Source: Kiritimatiellia bacterium (lineage in GTDB: Bacteria > Verrucomicrobiota > Kiritimatiellia > RFP12 > JBMNHG01). Taken from it: a stretch of DNA of 64,000 bases. The translations under genes and the position numbers were made by a program. Below the pieces are notes generated by a model. The model did not search any database. It had not been told where the DNA came from and saw only the letters and a list, made by a program, of their open reading frames with translations. Shown piece after piece: positions 39,999 through 48,901 of this stretch. The stretch covers positions 692,654 to 756,653 of the forward strand of contig JBMNHG010000002.1 of NCBI GenBank assembly GCA_050950285.1, written 5' to 3'. Position 1 is the stretch's first letter. Every line of letters begins with the position of its first letter.

Positions 39999-42197
39999 AT
40001 GAGTTGTCCAACCTATCGAAAGTTTGAAACGATCGCATCGTCCGATTATCTGCGTCTCATGACGCCCTGGCTGGCGGCACTCCCCGGATACGCCCGGACG
40101 TCGCCGTTCGATCCGGGCTATCGCTTCTACGGCACGGGCGAGAGCGCGCACTGGCCGGTCCAGAGCAACCTGAACGTGGCCGCGGCGCTGGCCGTGCTCG
40201 CGGACGCGCCGGATCTGGAGGCGTTCCGCCCGGCGATGACGCGCGAGGCGATCCGGGCGTGCGCGTTCGACTTCCTCCGGTACGCGCTGGCGACCCACAA
40301 GAGCAACGGGCGCGTCTTGGCCACGGACGGCCGGCACTGGGGCAACCACTGGATCGCGGTCCTGGGGCTCGAACGCGCGGCGCACGGCATCAACGCGCTG
40401 GAACCGTGGCTGACGGACGACGACCGGGCAATGCTTCGCAACGTGCGGCTCTCCGAGGCGAAGTACATCCTCGAGGAGTACGAGCCCGTGGCCGGCATGA
40501 GCCACACCGGGCGCAACCACCCCGAGTCCAACATCTGGAGCGGCGCCTTCCTCTACCGCACGGCGTTCGACATTCCGGATGCGCCGAACCGCGAGGCGAT
40601 GCTCGAGAAGGCGGCGCGCTTCATGATCGCCGGGATCTGCGTGCCTTCGGACGAGCGGAGCGAGGTCGTCTGCGGCGGTCGCAAGGTGAAGGATCTCTAC
40701 GTCGGGGCGAACTTCACGGAGAACTATTCGCTCGACCACCACGGCTACATGAACGTGGGCTACTCCGTGATCTGCCTCTCGAACCTCGCGATGGCCTGGT
40801 ACAACTTCCGGGAGCGTGGCCAGACGCCGCCGCCGGAGCTGCTCCACCATGCCGCGGACTTGTGGCGGGTGCTGCGCAATTTCATCTTCCCGGACGGACG
40901 GCTGCTGCGCATCGGCGGCGACACGCGCTCGCGATACACCTATTGCCAGTGCTACGCCGTGCCGACGTTCATCTTCGCGGCGGACGTGCTTGGCGACGCG
41001 GACGCCCCCGCCTTTGAAAGGCGATGGCTCGAACAGGTGGAGACGGAGATGGCCTACAGCCGCGACGGCTCCTGCTTCTCCAGGCGGTTGGCGCCGCTGA
41101 TGCGGATGAGCCCCTACTATGCGCTCCGCCTGGAATCCGACCACATCCTTTCGCTTTCCTACGGCGCCTGCTGGCGCCGCAAGTTCAAGCTCCCGTCTGC
41201 CGTTCGCGACGCCGAGGCGGCGCCGTTCGCCTGGCAGGACGACTTCCACGGCGCGGTCTGCGTGCGAACCGGGCGCACGGTTCGCTCGTGGGTTCGCGCA
41301 GGCGGGCAAGGGCCCACGGGGCTTTGCGTGCCGCTGCACCGCAGCGACATGGCGGAGTGGCAGGGCAACCTGAGCGGATTCGCCGAGGGCAATCTGTCGA
41401 GCGCCGGGGCGTCCCGGGCTTCGGTTGCGTCGTTCGACGGCGGCTTCCTCTACGCCGGGGAATCGGAGTTCGTCGAGACCGGGCAGATCGGCGAAGGCGA
41501 GGGGGAATATCCGATCATACGGGTGCAGACCGCGGCGGCCGCGCTGCCCGACGGCAAGTCCCTGCTCGTCATCCAACGCGGCCGCATGATCAAGGACGCC
41601 ACGCTCAACTGCGTCTACAGCCTGAACGCCCTCGTGCCCAACGATGTCTTCAACCGTTTCCGCCGCGCGATCTGGACGCCGTCGAAGGCGTTCGGCCTTT
41701 CCGGCGCGCGCCGCAAGGACGAAATCGTCGACACGGACGCGGACCGGCTCAACATCGACGGATGCCTGTCGCTGTTTTCGCTGACGCCGGAGGCGACGCT
41801 CAAGATCGTCCGGCAGCGCGACCAGAACATCCGGCTCCGCCGTGGCTTCCCGATCCCCGGATCGCTGTACGCGGATCGTTTCTGCCTGACGGCCTCACGC
41901 GAATCGCGGCGGCGGCTGGCGGGGGAGGTGCTTTTCGACGAAGCCTACGCCACGGCGGCGGACGTGGATGCGGAGGCGACGGCGGCCAGCCCCGGCGGCG
42001 CGTTCGAGGCGACGTCCGACGGCCTTCGGCGCGCGGTCTTCGCCGGTTTCGACGGGAAAGCCTACCTGCTGCTGGCGAACTTCGGTTCGGCGCCGCTTGC
42101 GATAGACCATGCCGAAGCCGCGGATCTGGCGACGGGCGCCCGCCGCGTCCGCACGCTTCTGGAGCCCGGCGCCGCCTGCGTGCTGCGGAAGCCATGA
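39999..42197 (+). CDS. Hypothetical protein, possible polysaccharide lyase/heparinase-like toroid
   Basis: Long ORF with NHPESN and HHGYMNVGY motifs; last gene of operon; function inferred. Confidence 0.6.
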   Translation: MSCPTYRKFETIASSDYLRLMTPWLAALPGYARTSPFDPGYRFYGTGESAHWPVQSNLNVAAALAVLADAPDLEAFRPAMTREAIRACAFDFLRYALATHKSNGRVLATDGRHWGNHWIAVLGLERAAHGINALEPWLTDDDRAMLRNVRLSEAKYILEEYEPVAGMSHTGRNHPESNIWSGAFLYRTAFDIPDAPNREAMLEKAARFMIAGICVPSDERSEVVCGGRKVKDLYVGANFTENYSLDHHGYMNVGYSVICLSNLAMAWYNFRERGQTPPPELLHHAADLWRVLRNFIFPDGRLLRIGGDTRSRYTYCQCYAVPTFIFAADVLGDADAPAFERRWLEQVETEMAYSRDGSCFSRRLAPLMRMSPYYALRLESDHILSLSYGACWRRKFKLPSAVRDAEAAPFAWQDDFHGAVCVRTGRTVRSWVRAGGQGPTGLCVPLHRSDMAEWQGNLSGFAEGNLSSAGASRASVASFDGGFLYAGESEFVETGQIGEGEGEYPIIRVQTAAAALPDGKSLLVIQRGRMIKDATLNCVYSLNALVPNDVFNRFRRAIWTPSKAFGLSGARRKDEIVDTDADRLNIDGCLSLFSLTPEATLKIVRQRDQNIRLRRGFPIPGSLYADRFCLTASRESRRRLAGEVLFDEAYATAADVDAEATAASPGGAFEATSDGLRRAVFAGFDGKAYLLLANFGSAPLAIDHAEAADLATGARRVRTLLEPGAACVLRKP

Positions 42198-42269
42198 CCA
42201 ATCGCGTCAAATCGCTGAATTGCGATTGACGGCCGCCAACGCATCTGCCACATATTCCGTCAAATGACA

Positions 42270-42385
42270 CAGCAGTACCGAAAACGAGTCGCCTCTTTTT
42301 AAGATGGTTTGGGTGGCGGTGGGAAAGTACCTATCAACGACCCGACGGCGTGATCGTCTGCCCTGTGAGCTGCCTCAAACCGTGA
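42270..42385 (+). pseudogene. Remnant C-terminus of an AAA/DUF4143 ATP-binding protein
   Basis: FKMVWVAVGKY / (frameshift) YQRPDGVIVCPVSCLKP* resembles the typical tail of this family. Confidence 0.6.
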
Positions 42386-42575
42386 CCTTGTTGACGTTTC
42401 GTCCCCGTTCGCGTCCCCGTTCAACACGATCCCCCGTTCTCCGTTTCCCGCGTACGCGGCGGGATGGAAGGTTTCACGCAAAGATCGAAGGCGCAGGGGG
42501 AAACAAGGAGCCGGCCAGTTTAAGCCCGATGCCGACATCGCCGCCCAGGCATGTCCCGAGTCGGCGAGCAAGTCT

Positions 42576-42596
42576 GCCACGGCTATTTACGGGCGG
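42576..42596. repeat. 21-bp direct repeat, left copy
   Basis: GCCACGGCTATTTACGGGCGG identical to 50584-50604. Confidence 0.9.
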
Positions 42597-43161
42597 GGCT
42601 CTTGTCGCGCATGAAGAAGGAGGTCACCCGAGGGCGGAACAGGTAGAACACGATGATGCCGAAGACCAACGCCCTCGCCGCCACCAAGGCATTGAGCCCG
42701 CCCAGGACGATACCGAAGCCAAAGGAGGCGATACCAACCCCAAGGTAAAGATTTCTGCTCCAGTTTTTGCCTAGCAACAACCCCATCCCGATTGCAAAAT
42801 AGAGAGGTATTGACACGATCTGGACGATGAACACAATAGGTTTAAGGTCATAAGCATTGTCGTTGCCCAGAACCATCAGCAGGCCGATCAGCTTCAAGGC
42901 GGCAAGCGCAAGGAACAACCACCCAAGGATCAGTACGCCAACAGGTTTCTTGCTCATTCTCCAGTTTCTTTCATGATTCACCATGAGGATGCAACTTTTC
43001 AGGAGTCCGATGGCGCAGGCGGCGAGGATTGGCCAATTATGAAGAACCGCCGTTCCTGTGGACACGTATGGCCCATTTCGATAGACGTACATCATGATCG
43101 TGTACCATATCGCAGCCGCTATGCCGAGGACTGTCCATGCAAAAGTCCACCGCGTGTTCAT
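42583..43161 (-). CDS. Hypothetical multi-pass membrane protein
   Basis: Several TM segments; start MNTRWTF inferred; internal RBS+ATG (MSKKPVG) suggests possible fusion of two genes. Confidence 0.65.
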   Translation of the reverse strand: MNTRWTFAWTVLGIAAAIWYTIMMYVYRNGPYVSTGTAVLHNWPILAACAIGLLKSCILMVNHERNWRMSKKPVGVLILGWLFLALAALKLIGLLMVLGNDNAYDLKPIVFIVQIVSIPLYFAIGMGLLLGKNWSRNLYLGVGIASFGFGIVLGGLNALVAARALVFGIIVFYLFRPRVTSFFMRDKSPARK

Positions 43162-43352
43162 CCGTCCTTCTCCATCCTTTTCGTTATGGCATCCGGCCTC
43201 TGGGTCGAGAGTTCGCGGGTGCAACCCGCAAGCCGCGACGGGCAGTTCCGATCACTTGAAACACTTCAACACTTTCGGGCGCGTCAAATAGAACAGAGTG
43301 GCACCCCTGTTCTGCAGTAGCCCGCTGCGGGTCGTCGGTTGTCGTTCATCAT

Positions 43353-44240
43353 CTACTCTTCGACCGCGGACAGCAGCCATGGATTGACCACGAAAAAATA
43401 CAGCAAGGTCACCACCACGCTTCCAAGCAACGGAAGGACGGCGGCCTTGAAAGCGATCGTCGAATCCTCGGGGGACGCACCCGGCGCCCGTTCGATCGCC
43501 TTGTGCCGCCCAAGTCCGATGAAACCTCCGAGCGCCATGCCGGGAAGGCTGCCCAGGATTGCGCCCGTAAGCGCGGAGGACAGACCTATCAAAAAGAAAT
43601 TGGCTTCGTAGAACTGGCCGAGGACAAAGGCAAGGACGAGGACGCCGATGATCCCGATTCGAGGAATGAAGACAGCGGCAACGGCGATGGCAAAGCACAG
43701 CGCGGCTCCTGGTTCCACGGATGCCAGCATCAGAGCCGTGTCGGCCAGTTTAAGCCCGATGCCGACAAGAACCCCCCATTTGAGCCCGGCCATGGCGTGC
43801 GCCCATACGGGGCGATAAAGGACACGCAGCTTGAAGGTCGAGTCGATGAGTTTTGAAAGCGGTTCCTTGGCGGTTTCCGACCACTTCCCGTTTTCCCCTT
43901 TGCTGTGGACGCATGCCCGGGAATCGGGCGTGTGATTGCCCGCGAGAATGGCGGCGCGAATCTCCGGCACCACGTTGTCCATGCGGTAGAAGTGGGCAAT
44001 TCCATTTTGCCCCTCGACCGTGACAAACGCGGAATGGTTCGACGCCCACCATTTCCGGATGTCGGAATCCGGGTTGCCAGCGTCTTCGAGTGCCGAGAAC
44101 CTGCAATTGTCGGGCGTCGGCGGCGCGTTTTTCCGTTCTTTCTTCTCCTTGTTGCGCGCTTTGAGGGCGCCCCATAACGGCGCGATGATGAAGTAGAACA
44201 CCCCCATGACCACCATTGTAAAAATCAGGCTGTCATCCAT
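43353..44240 (-). CDS. Hypothetical membrane protein
   Basis: N-terminal TM, soluble domain, C-terminal TM bundle; RBS AAGGAGG. Confidence 0.75.
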   Translation of the reverse strand: MDDSLIFTMVVMGVFYFIIAPLWGALKARNKEKKERKNAPPTPDNCRFSALEDAGNPDSDIRKWWASNHSAFVTVEGQNGIAHFYRMDNVVPEIRAAILAGNHTPDSRACVHSKGENGKWSETAKEPLSKLIDSTFKLRVLYRPVWAHAMAGLKWGVLVGIGLKLADTALMLASVEPGAALCFAIAVAAVFIPRIGIIGVLVLAFVLGQFYEANFFLIGLSSALTGAILGSLPGMALGGFIGLGRHKAIERAPGASPEDSTIAFKAAVLPLLGSVVVTLLYFFVVNPWLLSAVEE

Positions 44241-44286
44241 TGGAGCCCCTCCTTTCCCTGCGTGTCCAGATTGCGCAATGGGTCGG

Positions 44287-45018
44287 CTACTTGTTCGCTT
44301 TCAGGATCGCATCCGCCCAAGCCTCGGAGGTCTTCCTGATCCACTTGACCGTGTCTTCATCCTTGTACTCGGAGAAGAGATACACGAAGAGAAGCCTTTT
44401 CCTGACGCGCAGAAGCACCCCGCCCATGCCCATCTTCACGTTCACGTTTCCCATGGACACCGGCATGACCATGCCAAAGCCGTACGCATCCTGCTTCGAA
44501 AAGAAGGAACCGAGCGAAACCGGCTTGCCGAGGTTCACCGTAGCCTCCTCCAGCTCAAGCGACTTCATTCGCCTGTTGAATTCCTCCTCGGCCTCTTGTA
44601 TGCAGGAGTCCGTGAAAGCGGTCGTGGCGTCCATGGCGCTTCCGAATTCCTCTGCCATCCCGTCGACCACCTCTTTGAAGTCGCTTGCTTCGCAGTCCAT
44701 GTATTCGAGCTGCCTTTGGACTTGAACCACGGCATATCGGGATAGTGCCGAGTCTTCCGACCTGCTTGTCAGTTTCGCCAGGTCGTTCGTCGGCACGAAA
44801 GCGGCGATGAGCCTGTTTTCTGACGGGACGGCAACCTCCATGAACTCGCGGTTGTCGTGCCCGATCTCGGTCATTTCCGCTGTGGGCGGAGGAATGGCGA
44901 TCGGCGTCCTCCCCGCCTTGAAGCTTGAAACGGCCGACGTCTTTCCGGCCGACTCCTGGGCGTTTCCAGCGATGGCAAGACCCAGCGACAAGGCGCAGAT
45001 TGCGATGATTTTCCTCAT
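44287..45018 (-). CDS. Hypothetical exported protein
   Basis: Signal peptide MRKIIAICAL..GNA. Confidence 0.75.
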   Translation of the reverse strand: MRKIIAICALSLGLAIAGNAQESAGKTSAVSSFKAGRTPIAIPPPTAEMTEIGHDNREFMEVAVPSENRLIAAFVPTNDLAKLTSRSEDSALSRYAVVQVQRQLEYMDCEASDFKEVVDGMAEEFGSAMDATTAFTDSCIQEAEEEFNRRMKSLELEEATVNLGKPVSLGSFFSKQDAYGFGMVMPVSMGNVNVKMGMGGVLLRVRKRLLFVYLFSEYKDEDTVKWIRKTSEAWADAILKANK

Positions 45019-45052
45019 TTGTTTCTCCCTGTTTGGTTTTCGAGACAAATCG

Positions 45053-45118
45053 TTTGCGAATGTCGCTACGCCTTCGCCAGTCGCTCATGGTCATGCCCGT
45101 GGCGCGGCGGAAGTCGCG
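45053..45118 (-). repeat. Duplicated 3' end of the XylR-type gene (48905-48970)
   Basis: 64/66 nt identical. Confidence 0.9.
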
Positions 45119-45149
45119 CAGGGGCCGAAACCGTTGCGGGACAGGATGC

Positions 45150-45662
45150 TCACTGGTTCCAGTCCGGGTACGTGGCCTTCACCCGCTTGGACACGTTGAA
45201 GTAGGAGTACCAGATGGCGAAGCCGATCACGCCTTTGACGAGCCCCTGGATGACATCCGGCATTATCTCCTCCGCATCGATGCCCGCCATGAAAGCAAGC
45301 AAGGAGCTGAGCACGTTCCACGCCAGGGAGATGAGCAGCCACTTCTTTGTCTTTTGGACCGCGCCGGGGACGATGTCGCGCAGTTCCCTGGCGATCAGGA
45401 TCCATTTCACGACGAAGAAAAGGTCAACCACGATCTCGATCAAACCAACGCCGACAATTCCCGGGTAATCCTCGGCCAGCATGCCGAAGCCTATGATTGC
45501 CAAAGTCAGTTGTATTACCGACACCACGGGCGAAATGTACATGTGGACCACCACGAAGAACATCAGCCACCCCCTGACGCCGTACAAGGGGTTGGTTGTA
45601 TCTACAGGCTGCCCGCCTGCCGCTGCAACCCCGTTCGTGTTCGCCTGACCTGTCTCGCTCAT
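45150..45662 (-). CDS. DUF2569-like membrane protein
   Basis: GVRGWL N-terminal motif and IWYSYFNVSKRVKATY C-terminal motif. Confidence 0.75.
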   Translation of the reverse strand: MSETGQANTNGVAAAGGQPVDTTNPLYGVRGWLMFFVVVHMYISPVVSVIQLTLAIIGFGMLAEDYPGIVGVGLIEIVVDLFFVVKWILIARELRDIVPGAVQKTKKWLLISLAWNVLSSLLAFMAGIDAEEIMPDVIQGLVKGVIGFAIWYSYFNVSKRVKATYPDWNQ

Positions 45663-45762
45663 CGCATTGCTCCTTTCGGTTCGTCAACGTCCAGCTTGAC
45701 CCTCGTTTCTCCCCCTGGCCACGGCGGAAGAAGCGTAATGATCCACGCTCTGGTTTGGCTTT

Positions 45763-46029
45763 CTAGGAAATGGCCGCGAGGAGCAGCAGGACGACAAGCC
45801 CGAGTCCAATGTTGATCCAGGTCATGACGGCGCCAACGGTGTTGGCATTGTCCGCCCTTCTTTTGGATTCCATCTCCGGTATACCTGCGGCCTCCGCGCT
45901 GGGCAGGCAAAGCACCGTGATGAAACCGATGATTCCCAGCGCAAGGATCCATCGCAATGGCTTGAATCCCTTGGCGCGCGCTATGAGCGCCGCGATGACT
46001 CCGGATATCAGACCGACAACTGCACCCAT
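45763..46029 (-). CDS. Small membrane protein
   Basis: IARAKG..W...G..G pattern, 3 hydrophobic segments. Confidence 0.65.
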   Translation of the reverse strand: MGAVVGLISGVIAALIARAKGFKPLRWILALGIIGFITVLCLPSAEAAGIPEMESKRRADNANTVGAVMTWINIGLGLVVLLLLAAIS

Positions 46030-46131
46030 GATGCTTCCTTCCTCTCTATTGAGATTTCCTCAAATCGTAGTCCTGTTCGTGATTGCAAGGCCCGGCAGCT
46101 CTAGCTCGGTTGTTCTGAGCCAATCTGTCAT

Positions 46132-46980
46132 TTACTGGCCTGCCTCCCACTCATTGTACTCACGCATTATTTTACGCGCCTGCGCGTGGCCCATGTCGGC
46201 GGCTTTCTGCATCTCGCGAAGAGCCGTGGCTTCACTACGTGCCACACCAGCGCCGATGTTGTAGCAAACTGCAAGATTGTACTGGGCATCCGCATAGCCC
46301 TGGCTGGCAGCCTTGCGAAGCCATTCGACTCCTTTCTTCTCGTTTTTCAGCGTTCCGCGTCCCTTGAGCAGGCACACGCCAACATTGAACTGCGCTTGTG
46401 CCATGCCTTGCTCGGCAGCCTTCAACTTCCAAACGAAAGACTGCTCAGCGTCTTGAGGAACACCTTGACCCTTGGCGTAGCACACGCTGAGGTTGTATTG
46501 TGCCTCCGCATGCCCTTGTTCCGCGGCTGCCTGGTAAAGCTTGGCCGCCTCGGCGTAATCCACCTTGACGCCTTGTCCTTCCGCGTAACACACCCCGAGA
46601 TTACACTGCCCGACGGCGCAGCCTTGGGCGGCCGACTTCCTGTACCAATCTATGGCCGTGGCCATGTCTTGTGCAACGCCCTCCCCGCGATGATAGCAGG
46701 AGCCGAGTTCCGCTTGCGCTTCAGCATGGCCCTGATCAGCGGCTTTTCGCAACCACTCGATTGCCACGGCGTTGCTCTTCTCCACTCCTCCATTGCCTTT
46801 CGCATAACATTCCGCCAAAGCAAACTGTGCAGCGGAATCTCCTTTTTCGGCTTTAGCCAAAAGTTCATTCACACTCTCTGCACGCCCGGGTGACGCTGCT
46901 AGCAGTGGCGCAACAAGCAGGGTGCATATTAGACTCCGGTATTCCTTCGTTGCCGCAAACCATATCCACTTTTTCATCAC
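46132..46980 (-). CDS. Exported Sel1-repeat protein
   Basis: ~6 repeats AQxNLGxCYxxGxGVxxDxxxAxxWxRKAAxQG; signal-like N-terminus. Confidence 0.92.
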   Translation of the reverse strand: MMKKWIWFAATKEYRSLICTLLVAPLLAASPGRAESVNELLAKAEKGDSAAQFALAECYAKGNGGVEKSNAVAIEWLRKAADQGHAEAQAELGSCYHRGEGVAQDMATAIDWYRKSAAQGCAVGQCNLGVCYAEGQGVKVDYAEAAKLYQAAAEQGHAEAQYNLSVCYAKGQGVPQDAEQSFVWKLKAAEQGMAQAQFNVGVCLLKGRGTLKNEKKGVEWLRKAASQGYADAQYNLAVCYNIGAGVARSEATALREMQKAADMGHAQARKIMREYNEWEAGQ

Positions 46981-47024
46981 GGTACTCCTTCCGGTTGTTC
47001 TATCGGACTTTCCAACGCCCCGCC

Positions 47025-47061
47025 CCCCGCCTCACGCCGCGCGGGCGCGGCGTGAGGCGGG
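47025..47061. terminator. Long GC-rich hairpin between co-oriented genes
   Basis: CCCGCCTCACGCCGCG..CGCGGCGTGAGGCGGG; no clear T tract. Confidence 0.45.
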
Positions 47062-47086
47062 GCGGAGATGTTGCCGGGCAGGGCTC

Positions 47087-47512
47087 TCACTTTGCAATTT
47101 GCGGGGGCTTGCACTTTGTGAGCGCCTGTTTCCCCTCTTGCTCTGTCAGCAACGACAGCTTGAAGTGCGTTATGAGGTTGTGCTGCAACACGTAGTACAC
47201 GCCGCCCGCCTCCGTTTTCAGCGGAAGCGTCGCCGTGCGATCATCGACCTCGCTCTTGATGGTCGCATCGCCGGGCGGTCTTTCCCAGCACAGATACCCG
47301 CACGTGCCGGTCATTCCGATCAACTGCGTCCCATCCGTCACCCACAGCGGCATCGCGGAGGCAAGAGCCGAGGGGCGCACAATGTAGATGCGGGCCTTGG
47401 CCGGATCCTCCACCGTCTTGCCCTGGTCGGGCAGCGGCACATACTGGTACGTTGATGCGCAGCCGGCCAGCAGCGCGGCGGCAAGGAGTGCAAGCAGAGG
47501 TCTTGGGGTCAT
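47087..47512 (-). CDS. DUF2846-like lipoprotein
   Basis: Lipobox LAGC; ARIYIVRP; EAGGVYYV. Confidence 0.8.
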   Translation of the reverse strand: MTPRPLLALLAAALLAGCASTYQYVPLPDQGKTVEDPAKARIYIVRPSALASAMPLWVTDGTQLIGMTGTCGYLCWERPPGDATIKSEVDDRTATLPLKTEAGGVYYVLQHNLITHFKLSLLTEQEGKQALTKCKPPQIAK

Positions 47513-47585
47513 GTCATTACCCTTCTTGGGCAGGCTGCCAGCGTTGCGCCGTCCGCCGGCTGACTGGTTCTGGGTAGCGCCGCCA

Positions 47586-48194
47586 CTAGAACTTAAGACC
47601 GACGCTAATCATGAGCCCGAGGTCAATATCCTTGCTCTTGTCGTCATCATCGAAGTTTATGGTGGAGGTGTCGAAGGCCGCTTCGACGAACCAGAGCCTG
47701 CTGTCGGACTTGGCGAACTCCATCCCGCCGGCGAGCAAAAGCCCGGGCGACGAACCGTCAACGGCGTCTCCCCCCGCGAGCGGGTATCTGAGACCCAGCT
47801 TGCCGTAGAACGATTGGGCGGACTCCCGCGCCACCTCGTAGCCTACGCCGCCACCTATCGGAATCATCCAGAACGAGGCGTCGCCAAACATCACGGCGGC
47901 AGGGCCCAGATCGGCATATATGAAGCCGCCATCGATCACGCTCGCCATATCCCACCGGTAGGCCATGGAGAGCCCTACTGGAAACACGGAAACATCCGCC
48001 TCGACCTTGACCCAGCCGCCACGGTCCCGCTCCAGATAATCCTCGTACCAGTCTCCGATGTCCTGCACTGCCGGGATATAGGTCAGCCTTAGCTCGAGCC
48101 CGGACGAATCCTCGGCGGCCCCCGACGTGCCTGCGCACAGGGCGCCGGCCACCATAACGCCAACTACCAACTTCAGCTTCATGTTCATGTTCAT
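47586..48194 (-). CDS. Outer-membrane beta-barrel protein (8-strand-like)
   Basis: Signal peptide, amphipathic strands, C-terminal ISVGLKF. Confidence 0.75.
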   Translation of the reverse strand: MNMNMKLKLVVGVMVAGALCAGTSGAAEDSSGLELRLTYIPAVQDIGDWYEDYLERDRGGWVKVEADVSVFPVGLSMAYRWDMASVIDGGFIYADLGPAAVMFGDASFWMIPIGGGVGYEVARESAQSFYGKLGLRYPLAGGDAVDGSSPGLLLAGGMEFAKSDSRLWFVEAAFDTSTINFDDDDKSKDIDLGLMISVGLKF

Positions 48195-48254
48195 TACTGT
48201 TTCCTTTCCGCCCATGCCCCGCACTGCGCGCGGCATGGGCGGGGCGTTTCCTCT

Positions 48255-48776
48255 CTAGTCCAAAGCCACGGGTTTCATACGGTTCACGTACTCAACGGGA
48301 ACCTGTTCCCGCAGCACAACGGTAAACCCGGAGTTGTCATGCCAGACCGAACCCTGTTGCGGAGCAAGCTCGGCATGCACATCTTCGGGGGCCAGCGTCC
48401 ACATTCCGCCGGTCGCGGGGTCGACGATGAGCCAGCCGATCAGGCCGCCGAACACGAAGTTCCCGACGTACCATCCGCTGATTTTGCCGGTGATCGGGAC
48501 TTCCCGCATCACGTAGCCGTCCTTCTCGAAGCGCACACGGTACTTCGCGGACGTGAAGAACCCCGCGCCTCTCTTGAGCATCATGGTGGTGGGCGTGCTC
48601 CCGCCCCCGACGGCCTGGCCGCGCCAGTCCAATACCGTGACCTTGGCCCCATCGGGCATCGATCGAAGCGAAACCATCTGGCTGCCGCCGTTTATGATTG
48701 ACGCGCATGATGTCGTGAAAACGACAAGCGCAATCGACATCGTCATTTGTGCCACGAAAGAACGAAACTCTTTCAT
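48255..48776 (-). CDS. PEGA-like lipoprotein
   Basis: TTSCASIING lipobox; SMPDGAKV; GNFVFGGLIGWLIVDPATGGMW. Confidence 0.75.
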   Translation of the reverse strand: MKEFRSFVAQMTMSIALVVFTTSCASIINGGSQMVSLRSMPDGAKVTVLDWRGQAVGGGSTPTTMMLKRGAGFFTSAKYRVRFEKDGYVMREVPITGKISGWYVGNFVFGGLIGWLIVDPATGGMWTLAPEDVHAELAPQQGSVWHDNSGFTVVLREQVPVEYVNRMKPVALD

Positions 48777-48901
48777 GTTTGTTTGCTTCCTTCCTGCGAA
48801 TTGCTGCGTTGTTTGATGCCTGTCCGACTGCTTCACACGTTGCAAAGCGGTGCTCATTTTATTATCTTTCGAAACCGCGCGTTTGGAGATGTGGAGATGA
48901 A

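Noticed and set aside
42300..42400. Possible riboswitch/structured RNA
   Set aside because: No recognisable family consensus; better explained as a DUF4143-type gene remnant
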